Shown: piece after piece, positions 24,492 to 35,379 of the stretch | How positions within the stretch are numbered: position 1 is the stretch's first letter | Layout: every line of letters starts with the position of its first letter | Assembly: GCF_006345805.1 (NCBI RefSeq) | Contig: NC_043013.1 | Span: 13,454,001 to 13,518,000, forward strand | Direction of reading: 5' to 3' | Source: Octopus sinensis | Lineage: Eukaryota | Length of the DNA: 64,000 nt | Position numbers and translations under genes: made by a program | The notes under the pieces: model-generated | The model's input: only the letters and a program-made list of their open reading frames with translations | Told to the model about the DNA's origin: nothing | Database searches by the model: none

Positions 24492-24720
24492 GTTAACCCA
24501 AACATGAAAACACAAAGAGAAAACACAACAACGCGAGGACATGGAACAAATATAGTATTATTGGACGCTCAGGAAGGAAGGGAAGAAGGAGGGTTTAATG
24601 TTTCGAGTGGAGCTCTTCGTCGAAAACATAGGAGAAGGAAAGATCCAGAGAAGGGAAGACAGAGGAAAAAAATCGCCAACGGTACACACGTGGTCACATT
24701 TTGAATGACCGGAAGGAAAT
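24490..24720 (-). mobile_element. Putative Penelope-like pseudo-LTR fragment with degenerate hammerhead
   Basis: Flanked by CA/TA microsatellites; contains the minus-strand HHR-like motif at 24593-24627. Confidence 0.45.
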
Positions 24721-25129
24721 GGGTGAAGAAAAGTTCTTTCAAAGACAGGAGAGTGCAAGAGGAGGTATGTTTGTGTAAGTGTGGATATGTGCGTGCGAGA
24801 AGGTCTGCATGTGCATGTGTGTGTATGTGTGTATGTGTGCAATGATAACACGTGTGTGTAAACAGAGTGAGAGAGGAGATGGTAAAGTGTATAACATTCA
24901 TGGGTTATGAGTTCAAACCCACCATTGACAATTGTTGTATTTCTTTGTCAATATCTTTATTTTATATGGTCACAACTCAGCTCTAAGGAATTAGTAGCAG
25001 AACAATTTGGTTCAGTCTCATACCAGAACAACACTCTATCCACTTAACTATTATCTCCACAATATAGTTCTGATAATGCCACTGTATATCTTCCCTGGAT
25101 GTGTTAAAGATAAGTTCACATCAAAAATT

Positions 25130-27761
25130 CCTTGGGACAACCTGGTGAGATCTGTGACCAGATCTGTGGATGGTGCAAAGTTCCCTCTCAACCCAAGGTA
25201 ACATGGTGGTGGAACAACGTAGTTGACAAGGCCATAAGAGAAAAGAAACAGGCATGGAAGGACTGGTGGTAGCAGGGAATTGTATCAGACTGTCAGCTAG
25301 GAGATAGGTTTATTTTGCCGGAAGGGTAGCAGAAAAGAAAAAATTTGGCAATGTCCTGTGTTGTGAGGACCAAAGACTTGAGGTGGTTTGTGCTGCAAGA
25401 CAGTGTGTGAGAGAGAATCATGATGTCATAGGAGAGAAATGTATCCGCATAGATGATGGTTCACTTGCATTTAATGAGGCTGCAAAAAGAGAGACTTGGA
25501 GATGCCATTATGAAAGATTGCTAAATGAAGAGAATGAATGAGATAAAGAGAGTCTGCCAAATGTCAACCCATCAGAGGGACCAGCTATCCGAATTGACAG
25601 TACCTTGGTAGATGAAGTAATTAAGGGTATGAAAACAGGGAAAGCCCCTGGCCCATCAGGAATCACTGCAGAGATGCTTAAAATATCTGGTAATGTCGGC
25701 TATAGTCTAGTCACCCATTTAGACAATCTGGTGATACATGAAGGAGTCATACCCAATGACTGGTGTAGCAGTACCATAGTCAACTGTTACAAAGGTAAAG
25801 GTGATGCATTAGCTACAAATAATTACAGAGGTATCAAGTTGCTGGATCAGGTAATTAAAGTCACAAAGAGGGACATAGGCCAACTAATTAGGGAGAGAGT
25901 TAGTTTAGATGAGTTGCAGTTTGGGTTTGTGCTAGGGAAAAACACCACCGATGCTATATTTCTAGCAAGACAGCTGCAGGAGAAATACTTAACCCAAGGT
26001 AAATCTCTGTACCTGGCTTTCATTGGCATGGAGAAAGCCTTTGACAGGGTTTCCCTATCCCTTATCTGGTGGTCAATGAGGAAACTAGGTACAGATGAAT
26101 GGTTAGTGAGAGCTGTACAAGCCATGTACAGGGATGCTGTCTGTAAGATGAGGGTTGGCAATGAGTACAGTGAAGAATTCTGGGTAGGGTCCACCAAGGA
26201 TTAGTCCACAGCCCCCTCTTATTCATCATAGTCCTCAAAGCAACAACAGAGGAATTCAAGACAGGATGCCCCTGGGAGCTCCTCTATGCTGATGACCTTG
26301 CTCTAATTGCTGAGTCATTATCAGAACTAGAGGAGAAGTTTCAGGTGTGGATGCAAGGACTACAATCGAAGGGCCTTAGAGTCAACCTAGCAAAAACCAA
26401 AGTCTTAATAAGTAGTAAGGCAGACAAACCACAAATCCCTTCAGGTAGATGGCTCTGCTCGATCTGTAGAGAAGGCATAGGTAGAAACTCGATAAGATGT
26501 ACCCAGTGTCAGCTATGGATACATAAGAGGTACAGCAATATCAAAGGAAAGCTAACTGCGAAGATAGTTTATATGTGTGGCGAATGCTCAGGAGCAATAA
26601 ACACTGAAAATGTGCAGAGAACATCTTCCATCAAATTCCAGGGGCAAAAAACTACAAGTAGTTGATAGCTTTCATTACCTAGGTGACCAAGTGAAAGTGT
26701 AACTTCTAGAATAAGAATAGCCTGGGCAAAGTTCAGAGAGCTCTTACCTTTGCTGGTGGCAAAGGGCATCTCACTCAGAGTAAAAAGTAGACTGTATGAC
26801 ACATGTGTGTCAACAGCCATGCTACATGGCTGTGAAAGATGGGTTGTGACTACTGAGGACATCCGTAAGCTTACAAGGAATGAAGCTAGTATGCTCTGCT
26901 GGATGTGTAATGTCAGTATGCATACACAACAGAGTGTAAGTGCCCTGAGAGAAAAGTTGGACATAAGAAGCATCAGATGTGGTGTGCAAGAGAGATGACT
27001 GCACTGGTATGGTCATGTATTGTGAATGGATGAGGACAGCTGTGTGAGCAGTGCCACATCCTAGCATTTGAGGGAACCTGTGGAAGAGGTAGACCCAGGA
27101 AGACCTGAGATGAGGTGGTGAAGCATGACCTTTGAACATTGGGCCTCTCCTAGGCATGACAAGTGACTGAGACCTTTGGAGATATGCTGTGCTTGAGAAG
27201 ACCCGGCTAGCCAAATGAGACTATAACCGTAGCCTATGCCAGTGCTGCATAACCAGCCCATTTAAGAGTACCCTTCAATCATTGGGCAATAATCTCTGCT
27301 TGCAAAGACCTGTTGAAGCAAGTGAAATCGATGTCATGGCTGATGACAGTACCACCTGATTGGCACCTGTGCCAGTGGAATGTTAAAAGCACCATTCAAG
27401 CTTGGTCATTGCCAGTGCCACCTGACTGGCTCCTGTGCTGGTGACATGTAAAAAGCACGATTTCAGAGTGGTCATTGGCAGAGTCACCTGACTGGCTCTT
27501 GTGCAGGTAGCACATAAAAAGTGCCATTTGAGCATGGTTGATGCCAGTACCACCTGACTGGCCCCCATGCCAGTGGCACATTAAAGCACCCACTACATTC
27601 TTGGAGTGGCTGGCATTAGGAAGGGCATCCAGCTGTAGAAACTTTGCCAGATCAGATTGGAGCTTAATGCAGCCTTCTGACTCACCAGCCCTCAGTCAAA
27701 CTGTCCACCCCATGCCAGCATGGAAAGCGGACATTAAATGATGATGACGACGACGATGATG
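25130..27761 (+). mobile_element. 5'-truncated RTE LINE (RT) with repeat-containing 3' UTR and (GAT)n tail
   Basis: ORF 25605-26204 GKAPGPSGITAEML..NYRGIKLL..QFGFV.GKNTTDAIF..FIGMEKAFDRV, then ELLYADDL, CVQERxLHWYGH; frameshifted. Confidence 0.92.
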
Positions 27762-27909
27762 TAGTACCTTTACTAACAACAAAACATCTTTATTTGATTG
27801 TATGTGTGCATTTTAAAAGATTTTTAAAATATTTGTTCATTCTTAGATTACTTTATATCTGAAGATTTAACTTTAATGAATTCATTAAAGTTTTTCTTTT
27901 AATTATCAG

Positions 27910-27998
27910 GATTCTGGTCGAGCAGCAGATATTATGGCAGATGCTTACCAAACAAAACTCGAAAATTCAAATGAAGAAGATGAAGACAAAAATGACAG
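27910..27998 (+). CDS. TRPM: TRPM-like exon, group A2 (DSGRAADIMADAYQTKLENSNEEDEDKND)
   Basis: ttatcAG|89 nt|GTttgt, phase 0 to 2. SGRAAD motif; in frame with the preceding exon. Confidence 0.92.
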
Positions 27999-29301
27999 GT
28001 TTGTTCTTCATTTCGATAGAACAACAATTTTTTTTTTTTTGCTTTTGTTGTTGTCATTACTGTTGATGTTATTAAATATGTTGTTGTTTAGCCCCTATTA
28101 GCCCTGATAGAACAGGTCTATGAACGTATGTAATCCAGTCTTTATTTCCCTGTATTTACATACTTAGAAGACTTTATTATTCCACTGTGTCAGTCTTCAT
28201 TTTTGCTGAAAGGGTATGATTTGAAATGGATTTAACTTATATTTTTAGCAGTTTTGAGTGGCAAGGTAATCTGCTCCCTCCTTGGCTTGCAACTCTGCTA
28301 TTACTATAGTTGATAGTTTGATTTTAGAGCTGATATTAATAGCGTTGTAGATATTTAAAGCTTTGACTGAAACTGATGACTAATCAGATTTCTTTAACTA
28401 AAGACTCAAACTTTTGGCAGTATGACATAACACTGATAATAATACTAATATTGATTTGTTATTTTGACACAAGGCTCCATATTTGCTGGGGAAGGATAAT
28501 GGGTCCAATTCAGGACATGCCTAGAGATGTTTGGTTTTGTCTATTTCGTTTTCCATCCAATTTAAAAGATCAGATCAAGCAGTAGGTATCATGAAACAAC
28601 ATGAAAACACATTAATAGAAATGGTAATTATGAATAAATCTAGTATGGGTTTAACAAGTTCTGGGCACACTGGCTCCGGCTGTAAACTTAATTCATTCCA
28701 TCTTTTAACACTGAAGTACCTGGTGGTGGTTCAACAGGAGCATTTGGTCCTTCACAGCCTTTAACAGTCCACAACGTTGTGAGCATTCAGAACCAGCCAT
28801 GTCTTGATTTAAAGTCTTTTCAATTCATAGCATCACTGTTTGCTACAGGCTGACATGTAAGGGGTTCTCAAAAGGAGGTCTACTAGCATATAAGCCAGAG
28901 TTACTATAAGCAACATCTCTAGAAACAACCCCATTTCTTGTCAGGCCTCCCCAATCTATGTCTACCAGGTTAATTATTTACAAGATCCAAAAATTGATTA
29001 GCAGCAACCCATGAGTTCTGTTTTATCCATGTCTTTTCCTCATTAATCTTAGTTGTTCTGTAAAACTTATGGGTGGTGCCTTTCCTCCTTAAATTAAGAT
29101 TTGTCCCATCATTTGTTATCACTAATAGTGTAGCCTGATTAACATAATTCTGATTAGGGCTCCAAGGTAGCCTAACTTATCTTCTTTGTGACATCAGTAT
29201 AGACCTTATGTTATTCTTTATAGCTAACTTTCTTTTAATCACTATTAAAAGATTTACATATTAATTTCTGAAATAACTCTTCTTTCTCCATCAATTCTAA
29301 G

Positions 29302-29486
29302 GAAACTGAAAACTGATATCAGAGAGCAAATTATTAAAGAATTTGAAAAGGAATTGAAAGGAAAAGGGATAGATAACTTGGTTGACTATGTGTTGATGTC
29401 CCTAAAACGACCAAACTTGCTGACTGTTTATGATAAAGATTCAGAGAAAGAATTTGATCTAACAATGTTCAAAGCTGTATTCAAGG
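29302..29486 (+). CDS. TRPM: TRPM-like exon, group A2 (KLKTDIREQ...PNLLTVYDKDSEKEFDLTMFKAVFK)
   Basis: ttctaAG|185 nt open|GTaaga, phase 2 to 1. LLTVY...DL...KA..K motif that follows SGRAAD in TRPMs. Confidence 0.88.
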
Positions 29487-30075
29487 GTAAGAAATAGTTT
29501 AAAATTAAATTTTCAGTTTTTTTATATTTTCCAATCAGTTTGACTTTTATTAGACGTAATTGTAATTTAGATTAATTATTGCTAATTAGACTAATTATTA
29601 CACTTGTAAAAAAGTTGAGAGCTATTTTTAGTATAAAAAATCTAAAAAATCTAAATTAGGATGAAATATGCAGAGAAAGAATAACAATATTATTGATGAC
29701 TTATACTATTATTTGTATATTTTCTTATAAGTTTTGGGAGGTTAATCCTGTACCTGAAGCTTAATTAAGCTTCATCAATAAGAGAATCGATGGCTGTATC
29801 AATGGATTTTCTAGAGAAGCTTCTGGTATCTCAGTGAATTGTATGTTGTTATTAGCATTGTACTTTGTCTCTGGTGAAGACATTTAACTCACAGGTTCCC
29901 CTTTTCTATATTACTGAAAATAGATACAAATTAGTAAAAACAGTATGCTTCTGCAATTGTTATCACGATGAATATTTTCCAGATTTGAGGCACTCAATCT
30001 AACCTTAGCCATAGAAATAGTTAGTTGGAAATAGTTCTTGTCTTGACGAAATTGCCATTTAATATATCGGCACAA

Positions 30076-30265
30076 GAAGGCAGCAAACTGGCAGGAACGT
30101 TAGCATACTGGGTGAAATGCTTTGTGGGATTTGGTCTGTCTTTACATTCTGAGTTCATCCTTTTGGGGGTCGATAAATTAAGTATCAGTTGCATACTGGG
30201 ATCAATCTAATCCACTAGCCCCCTCTCCAAAAGTTTCGGGCCTTTTGCCTAGAGTAAAAAAGAAT
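30076..30265 (+). mobile_element. SINE family 2 (followed by a family-1 head at 30270-30360)
   Basis: GGCAGCAAACTGGCAGGAACGTTAG...GGGGTCGATAAATTAAGTA...GAGTAAAAAGA. Confidence 0.8.
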
Positions 30266-30539
30266 ATATAGGCGCAGGCATGGCTGTGGTAAGAAGCTTG
30301 CTTCCCAACCACATGCTTCCAGGTTCAGTTCCACTGCATGGCACCTTGAGCAAGTGTCTTCTAAAATTGTTTCAGTATGGATATTGGGTGGCTGGACAAA
30401 TGTTTCAAAGAGACAGAGACATTGAGAAGAGCCAGATTAATCAATACTGAAAATATTGCGCTCAACATAGACATAGAAATCAGAGAATTAGATCTCAATC
30501 GCCCACACATCTAGGAACAGTGGAAATAGAATACATCAC

Positions 30540-31440
30540 AAAAATGAAAGAGTAAATTAGTAGAGAATATTAAAGAATAGTTAGACTTATATTTAAACAC
30601 TGAAGTCAATGCTGAAACTAATATAATAGAAACAAACATGCTAGCTTTGAAAACCTTAGATAAAAAGACCCTATTAAAGCATACAGAAGTCACCACCACA
30701 CAGCAGACAAAAACAGAATATATCTACCCCTCTCAGGAGATGGTGTTCTTACACAGATAGAGAACTACAAAATAAAAGCAGTTGGACTGGAAATGTACTT
30801 ACAAAGAACTGGTGCAATAGAGTGGATGTGAATTACTGCCCATATCATGAACGAGTGCCATAGACTTGACCAAAATCTCTATAAGTTGTGACCACACGAT
30901 CAAGTAGTGAAAGTGCTCCACTGGAAACTGTGTGAAAAGTGAGGGCTGGCTAGAGAGAGTCAAAACGCAGCATGAGCACAAACCACAGAGATTGGCAGAA
31001 TGGAGACTATCAAAATCTTCTGCATTTCCCAATTCAAACGTATCGAATGCTAGAGCATAACAGACTGGACCTAGTGGTGGAGGACAAGGTGCACCACATA
31101 TGTTATATAAATGATGTTGCTTGCCCCGTTGACCCACGAACAATCAAGAAAGAAGATGAAAAGATAGATGCAATCATTTTAAGTACCAAATAGCCAGGCT
31201 ATGGAAAATGAAGAAGATGAAGACAGTGCCAATTATTGTTAGATCCTTGGGAACAGTATGAGAAGGCATCAAGAGGAATATAAAGGAAATCGGAATAGAG
31301 TTCCCAGTAGAACTGTTACAAAAGGATTTCCTTCTTGGCACGGCCAGAATAATCAGGACAGTATTAGATAACTGTAAAGAGCAGGTAGTAAACCCAATAC
31401 GCATGCAAGACTCCAGGTGTTCCAACAAAACCTGTAATAA
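30540..31440 (+). mobile_element. R4/Dong-like LINE 3' fragment ending in (TAA)n
   Basis: HDQVVKVLHWKLC, HNRLDLVVEDK...INDVACPVD...KED EKI, LWKMKK..VPIIV..LGT, LLGTARIIR. Confidence 0.8.
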
Positions 31441-31488
31441 AGAGATAATAATAATAATAATAATGATAATAATAATAATAATAAATCT

Positions 31489-31620
31489 AATGCCCTGATG
31501 CAGTACCAGGAATGCCCTGATGCAGTACCAGAAATGCCCTGATGCAGTACCAGGAATGCCCTGATGCAGTACCAGGAATGCCCTGATGCAGTACCAGGAA
31601 TGCCCTGATGCAGTACCAGG
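31489..31620 (+). repeat. Six tandem copies of a 22-bp unit AATGCCCTGATGCAGTACCAGG
   Basis: Units start at 31489, 31511, 31533, 31555, 31577, 31599; one G>A variant; no spacers. Confidence 0.97.
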
Positions 31621-32161
31621 CAGTGGCTCTCATGGCTTCTGATCTTAACTGATTGGAAGTGTTATCATGTACATTGTTTGTCTTGGTAAAAAGATGGGCT
31701 ACAGCAAATATTCTGCTCAATACCAAAGATTTGATGTCAGTTTTGACCTTAACCATTGAGCATGTCCCTTAGTGGCTGACGATATGTGCATCTCTGATCA
31801 CAGAGCAGAAGTAGTGGGGGAGCATCATAGCCATGTGTTGAGAGGGATTCTTTGGGGTTTGAATAGTTCACCTCTGGAAACATGGGGGTTCTTTCAAACA
31901 TCCTTAAACAACCCTTATTCAGGGACCGTTTGAGCGGGATGGGCTACTCAACCTGAAGAAGAAAATTCTAACTGGGCCCCACCTGCAAGGTTCATGTGCT
32001 GTTTATCTTGATATGAGATCACCATGTCGCACACATATGGTTGTGATACATGTGCCTGGTGTACCTTTATCAGACGGGTAGTCATGATGGGTATATGGGC
32101 TTCGTATATTAACCCCAGTGTCACTTTGATGGCATGAACTGCTCTCTCACTCAATAATAAT
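31489..32161 (+). mobile_element. Non-coding TAA-flanked interspersed element; 5'-truncated second copy at 52390-52590
   Basis: 3' 200 bp (TTCTAACTGGGCCCC...CTCTCTCACTCAATAATAA) shared with 52390-52590; both sit in TAA tracts. Confidence 0.8.
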
Positions 32162-32179
32162 ATAATTAAATTGAAGTGC

Positions 32180-33000
32180 AGTGGAGCCAGAAGCCTCTGC
32201 ATGGACAGTATATACATTGAAGCCAAAATGCTGATGTAGACCAAGCAACAACATCAGTAGCTGAGAAGCTCAGGACTGAAAACAGTGACTGAAAGTTCAT
32301 TTGGCAGCAAAGATCAAATGTTGCCTTCCCGGAGAGTCATGAGAAGCTTAAAGAAACTTTACAACAAAGTTTTTCTGAAAGTACGATTCCCTCTTGGCTC
32401 ATTAATGGTGTTACATTCTACTTCAGAAAAATGAAGAAGAAGCAAATGAACCAAAAAATCATAGACCCATAACCTGCTTAACAACAATGTATAAAAATAC
32501 TAACATCTGTCTTAACTGACTATACCTGTAGTTTTTTAATAGAAGTGGTATCTCCTTAATGAACAAAAGATTGTAAACATGGGTTCTATAGTTGTAAAGA
32601 TCAGCAACTCATCAATATAGATGATTTTGGAAGATTGTCACAAACAACACAAGAAACTTATCAATAGTATGATAAAAAGTCTTGGTAGCTACCACAAAGC
32701 TGGATTGGAAATATTTGGGAAGTTATAAAATAGCACCTGCTCTGCAAAACGTCTTATGGTATGAGATTATGGAAAACAACACTGACTTTGAATAGTGACA
32801 AAGAATCTTTCAATGCTAGGAATGTAAGAATTTCATGTGGCACTTTCCAGAGCGACCCTATAAACACTCTTCTTTTGTCTAGCTTTAATGCCTCTTTAGA
32901 AATTGCTCGGTGATAGGCAAATAGCTATGTCTTTTAAAAACATTCATGATTAACAACGATGAATATAATGATCAAATTCTTCCATTAACGTTATTAAGTT
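32180..33000 (+). mobile_element. Highly degenerate R4/Dong-like RT remnant
   Basis: KNHRPITCLTTMYK..TS and GCKDQQL..MILEDCHKQHKKL fragments. Confidence 0.6.
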
Positions 33001-33639
33001 TTGGATCAACCTTAAAGGGGTCTGACAGAAGTAGAGAATTGAAAGACATTTTGTACTGTTTTTGCCCTTTCTATGATAAATATTGAGGACTGAAATATCT
33101 GTAATAAGTTTGTCACACTAAGTTATTACACATAATTACATAAAATTTAAGCATTAAACTTCAAATCCAAATATTACTTCTCCTCCCCCTCCTCCTCCTC
33201 CTCCTCCTCCTCCTACTACTACTACTACTACTAATACCACTACTACAGTAACTACTATCATTTGGCAACATGTTAGGCGTAATTGTGCAGACCAATGGTC
33301 ACGGTCTTTTAATTGTGACCACCCTATCTTTTTTTCCAAGACATCTACAATTTCATCTTGGACTACTTTATCTGATTTGTGCTTCCGTTTTAAGTCAGTA
33401 GGGTGATATAATATGGTGGATTCCATATTTATTTCTATTTAATAAAACATAGATATTCTTCATATATTCCGTCATAACCTTGTCATTTCATTATGAACAC
33501 TGAACATCAGAATATAAAGCTAGAAGAAATACTGCTAAGCATTTTCCGTACACTAACGACTGGCAAGCTCACTGTTTGGGAAAATAATATGAACAATAAT
33601 AAAAGTAGAGTGTAGGATTACAAGGTATTATATGAGTCA

Positions 33640-34280
33640 GCAGTGATTTGCGTTGGACAAAGCATATCTCTAAAATTGTCAAGAAGGTCGAGGGTCTTGG
33701 CATCACTCAGCAAGACTTTTGTTAGCCGCTCTCCAGCCATCTATTTAAAACTGTATACAGCTATGGTACGACCACACTTGGAATTCGCATCATCAGTTGG
33801 AACCCCTATCTTGCTCAAACATTGACCTCCTGGGAATCTGTCCAGAGACGTGCAACCAAACGCATACCCTCCATCAGACACCTACCATATTCTGAGCGCC
33901 TTGCTTCCCTGGGCATGGATTCACTGAAGCTCCGGTGTCTGGCGACGGACTTGGTAAACACCCACAAAGTTATCAACCACCTCACCAACAACAACACTGA
34001 ACACCTTTTTGATCTCCATGTGTCTAACACACGTGGACATGCCTACAAAGTTAGAAAACAACACAGCTCCCATGACTTTTGGAAACAATTTTTCACGCTC
34101 AGAGTTGCTGAAGCATGGAATAAATTGCCTGCATCAGTTGTTGACTGCCATGACACTGCATCCTTTAAGGCCCTCATGCTTTCCGAAATCCGCCAAAACT
34201 ACACCTGATTATATATACACTTTAGATGAGTTGTAGTGCACCTGAGCACTGTACACAATTATTATTATTATTATTATTAT
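33640..34280 (+). mobile_element. CR1-clade LINE 3' end with (ATT)n tail
   Basis: LYTAMVRPHLEF; ESVQRRATKRIP...YSERL...TRGH..K...FFTLRVAEAWNKLP. Confidence 0.88.
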
Positions 34281-34296
34281 CATTAACTATTTTGAT

Positions 34297-34699
34297 TTAC
34301 TCTCTTTACTCTTTTACTTGTTTCAGTCATTTGACTGCGGCCATGCTGGAGCACCGCCTTTAATCGAGCAACTTGACCCCGGGACTTATTCTTTTGTAAG
34401 CCCTGTACTTATTCTATTGGTCTCTTTTGCCGAAGCGCTAAGTAACGGGGACATAAACACACCAGCATCGGTTGTCAAGCAATGCTAGGGGTACAAACAC
34501 AGACACACAAACACACACATGTATATATATATATATACATATATACGACGAGCTTCTTTCAGTTTCCATCTACCAAATCCACTCACAAGGCTTTGGTCGG
34601 CCCAAGGCTATAGTAGAAGACACTTGCCCAAGGTGCCACGCAGTGGGACTGAACGCGGAACCATGTGGTTGGTAAACAAGCTACTTACCACACAGCCAC
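34297..34699 (-). mobile_element. tRNA-derived SINE family 1
   Basis: Near-identical organisation to 3545-3969. Confidence 0.9.
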
Positions 34700-35379
34700 A
34701 AGAACATTTTAATATCAACACACTGTTTCATGTAAAATCTATATTACAGCAAAGAACAACATAGAAAATATGAGGCTCGGATTGGCATGGAACAAACCTG
34801 ATGTTCTAAAACGTCTAATATCTGAAAGAGAAGCTCCCTGGGAAGTAAGATAATATCTTTTTTTATCACTTCATGTTGTGAACAATTATTAATTTAACAT
34901 TTTTTTTCTTCTTGAGAGGATGAAGAGTAAAATGTTTTCAATACAAATGTATTTTAAATATCGTTTTAATAATTTGAATGCTTGTAAAATAATTATTGCT
35001 TGTTTGTTAAATTTTTTCACTGGAGATAGTCGAAGGATCACTTTAGGCAGGAATAGCAAGTGGGAAATTTATGAACCTTGTGTATGTGTGTGTGCATACT
35101 TATTTGTCAGAATGTGTATGATGCTGCTGTGTACATCCATGTGCGTTTATCTCTGTCTGTCTGTCTGTCTCTCCCTATAAAAAAAAACAAAAAAAAAATA
35201 AAACTTAGATATGTTTCGACCAAAGATTGGTCCAGGCCATGTCTAACTTAATAGCACCACCTGATAGGATTATTCGAATCCTGTTTAAGTCAAGTTTTGT
35301 TCAAGTAGTGAGTTCTTGTTGGGTGAGTTGTATCTAGTTTTGTTCAAGTAGTGAGTTCTTGTTGGGTGAGTTGTATCCA

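Noticed and set aside
29983-30002. Candidate terminal exon for group A2 (ttttccAG|AT TTG AGG CAC TCA ATC TAA, phase 1)
   Set aside because: Phase fits, but such short matches are common by chance; needs transcript evidence.
31489-31620. 22-bp direct repeats as a CRISPR array
   Set aside because: No spacers, no cas genes, eukaryotic context.
33154-33426. 90-aa minus-strand ORF with protein-like start
   Set aside because: No recognisable family, an in-frame stop just upstream, and the 3' third is microsatellite.
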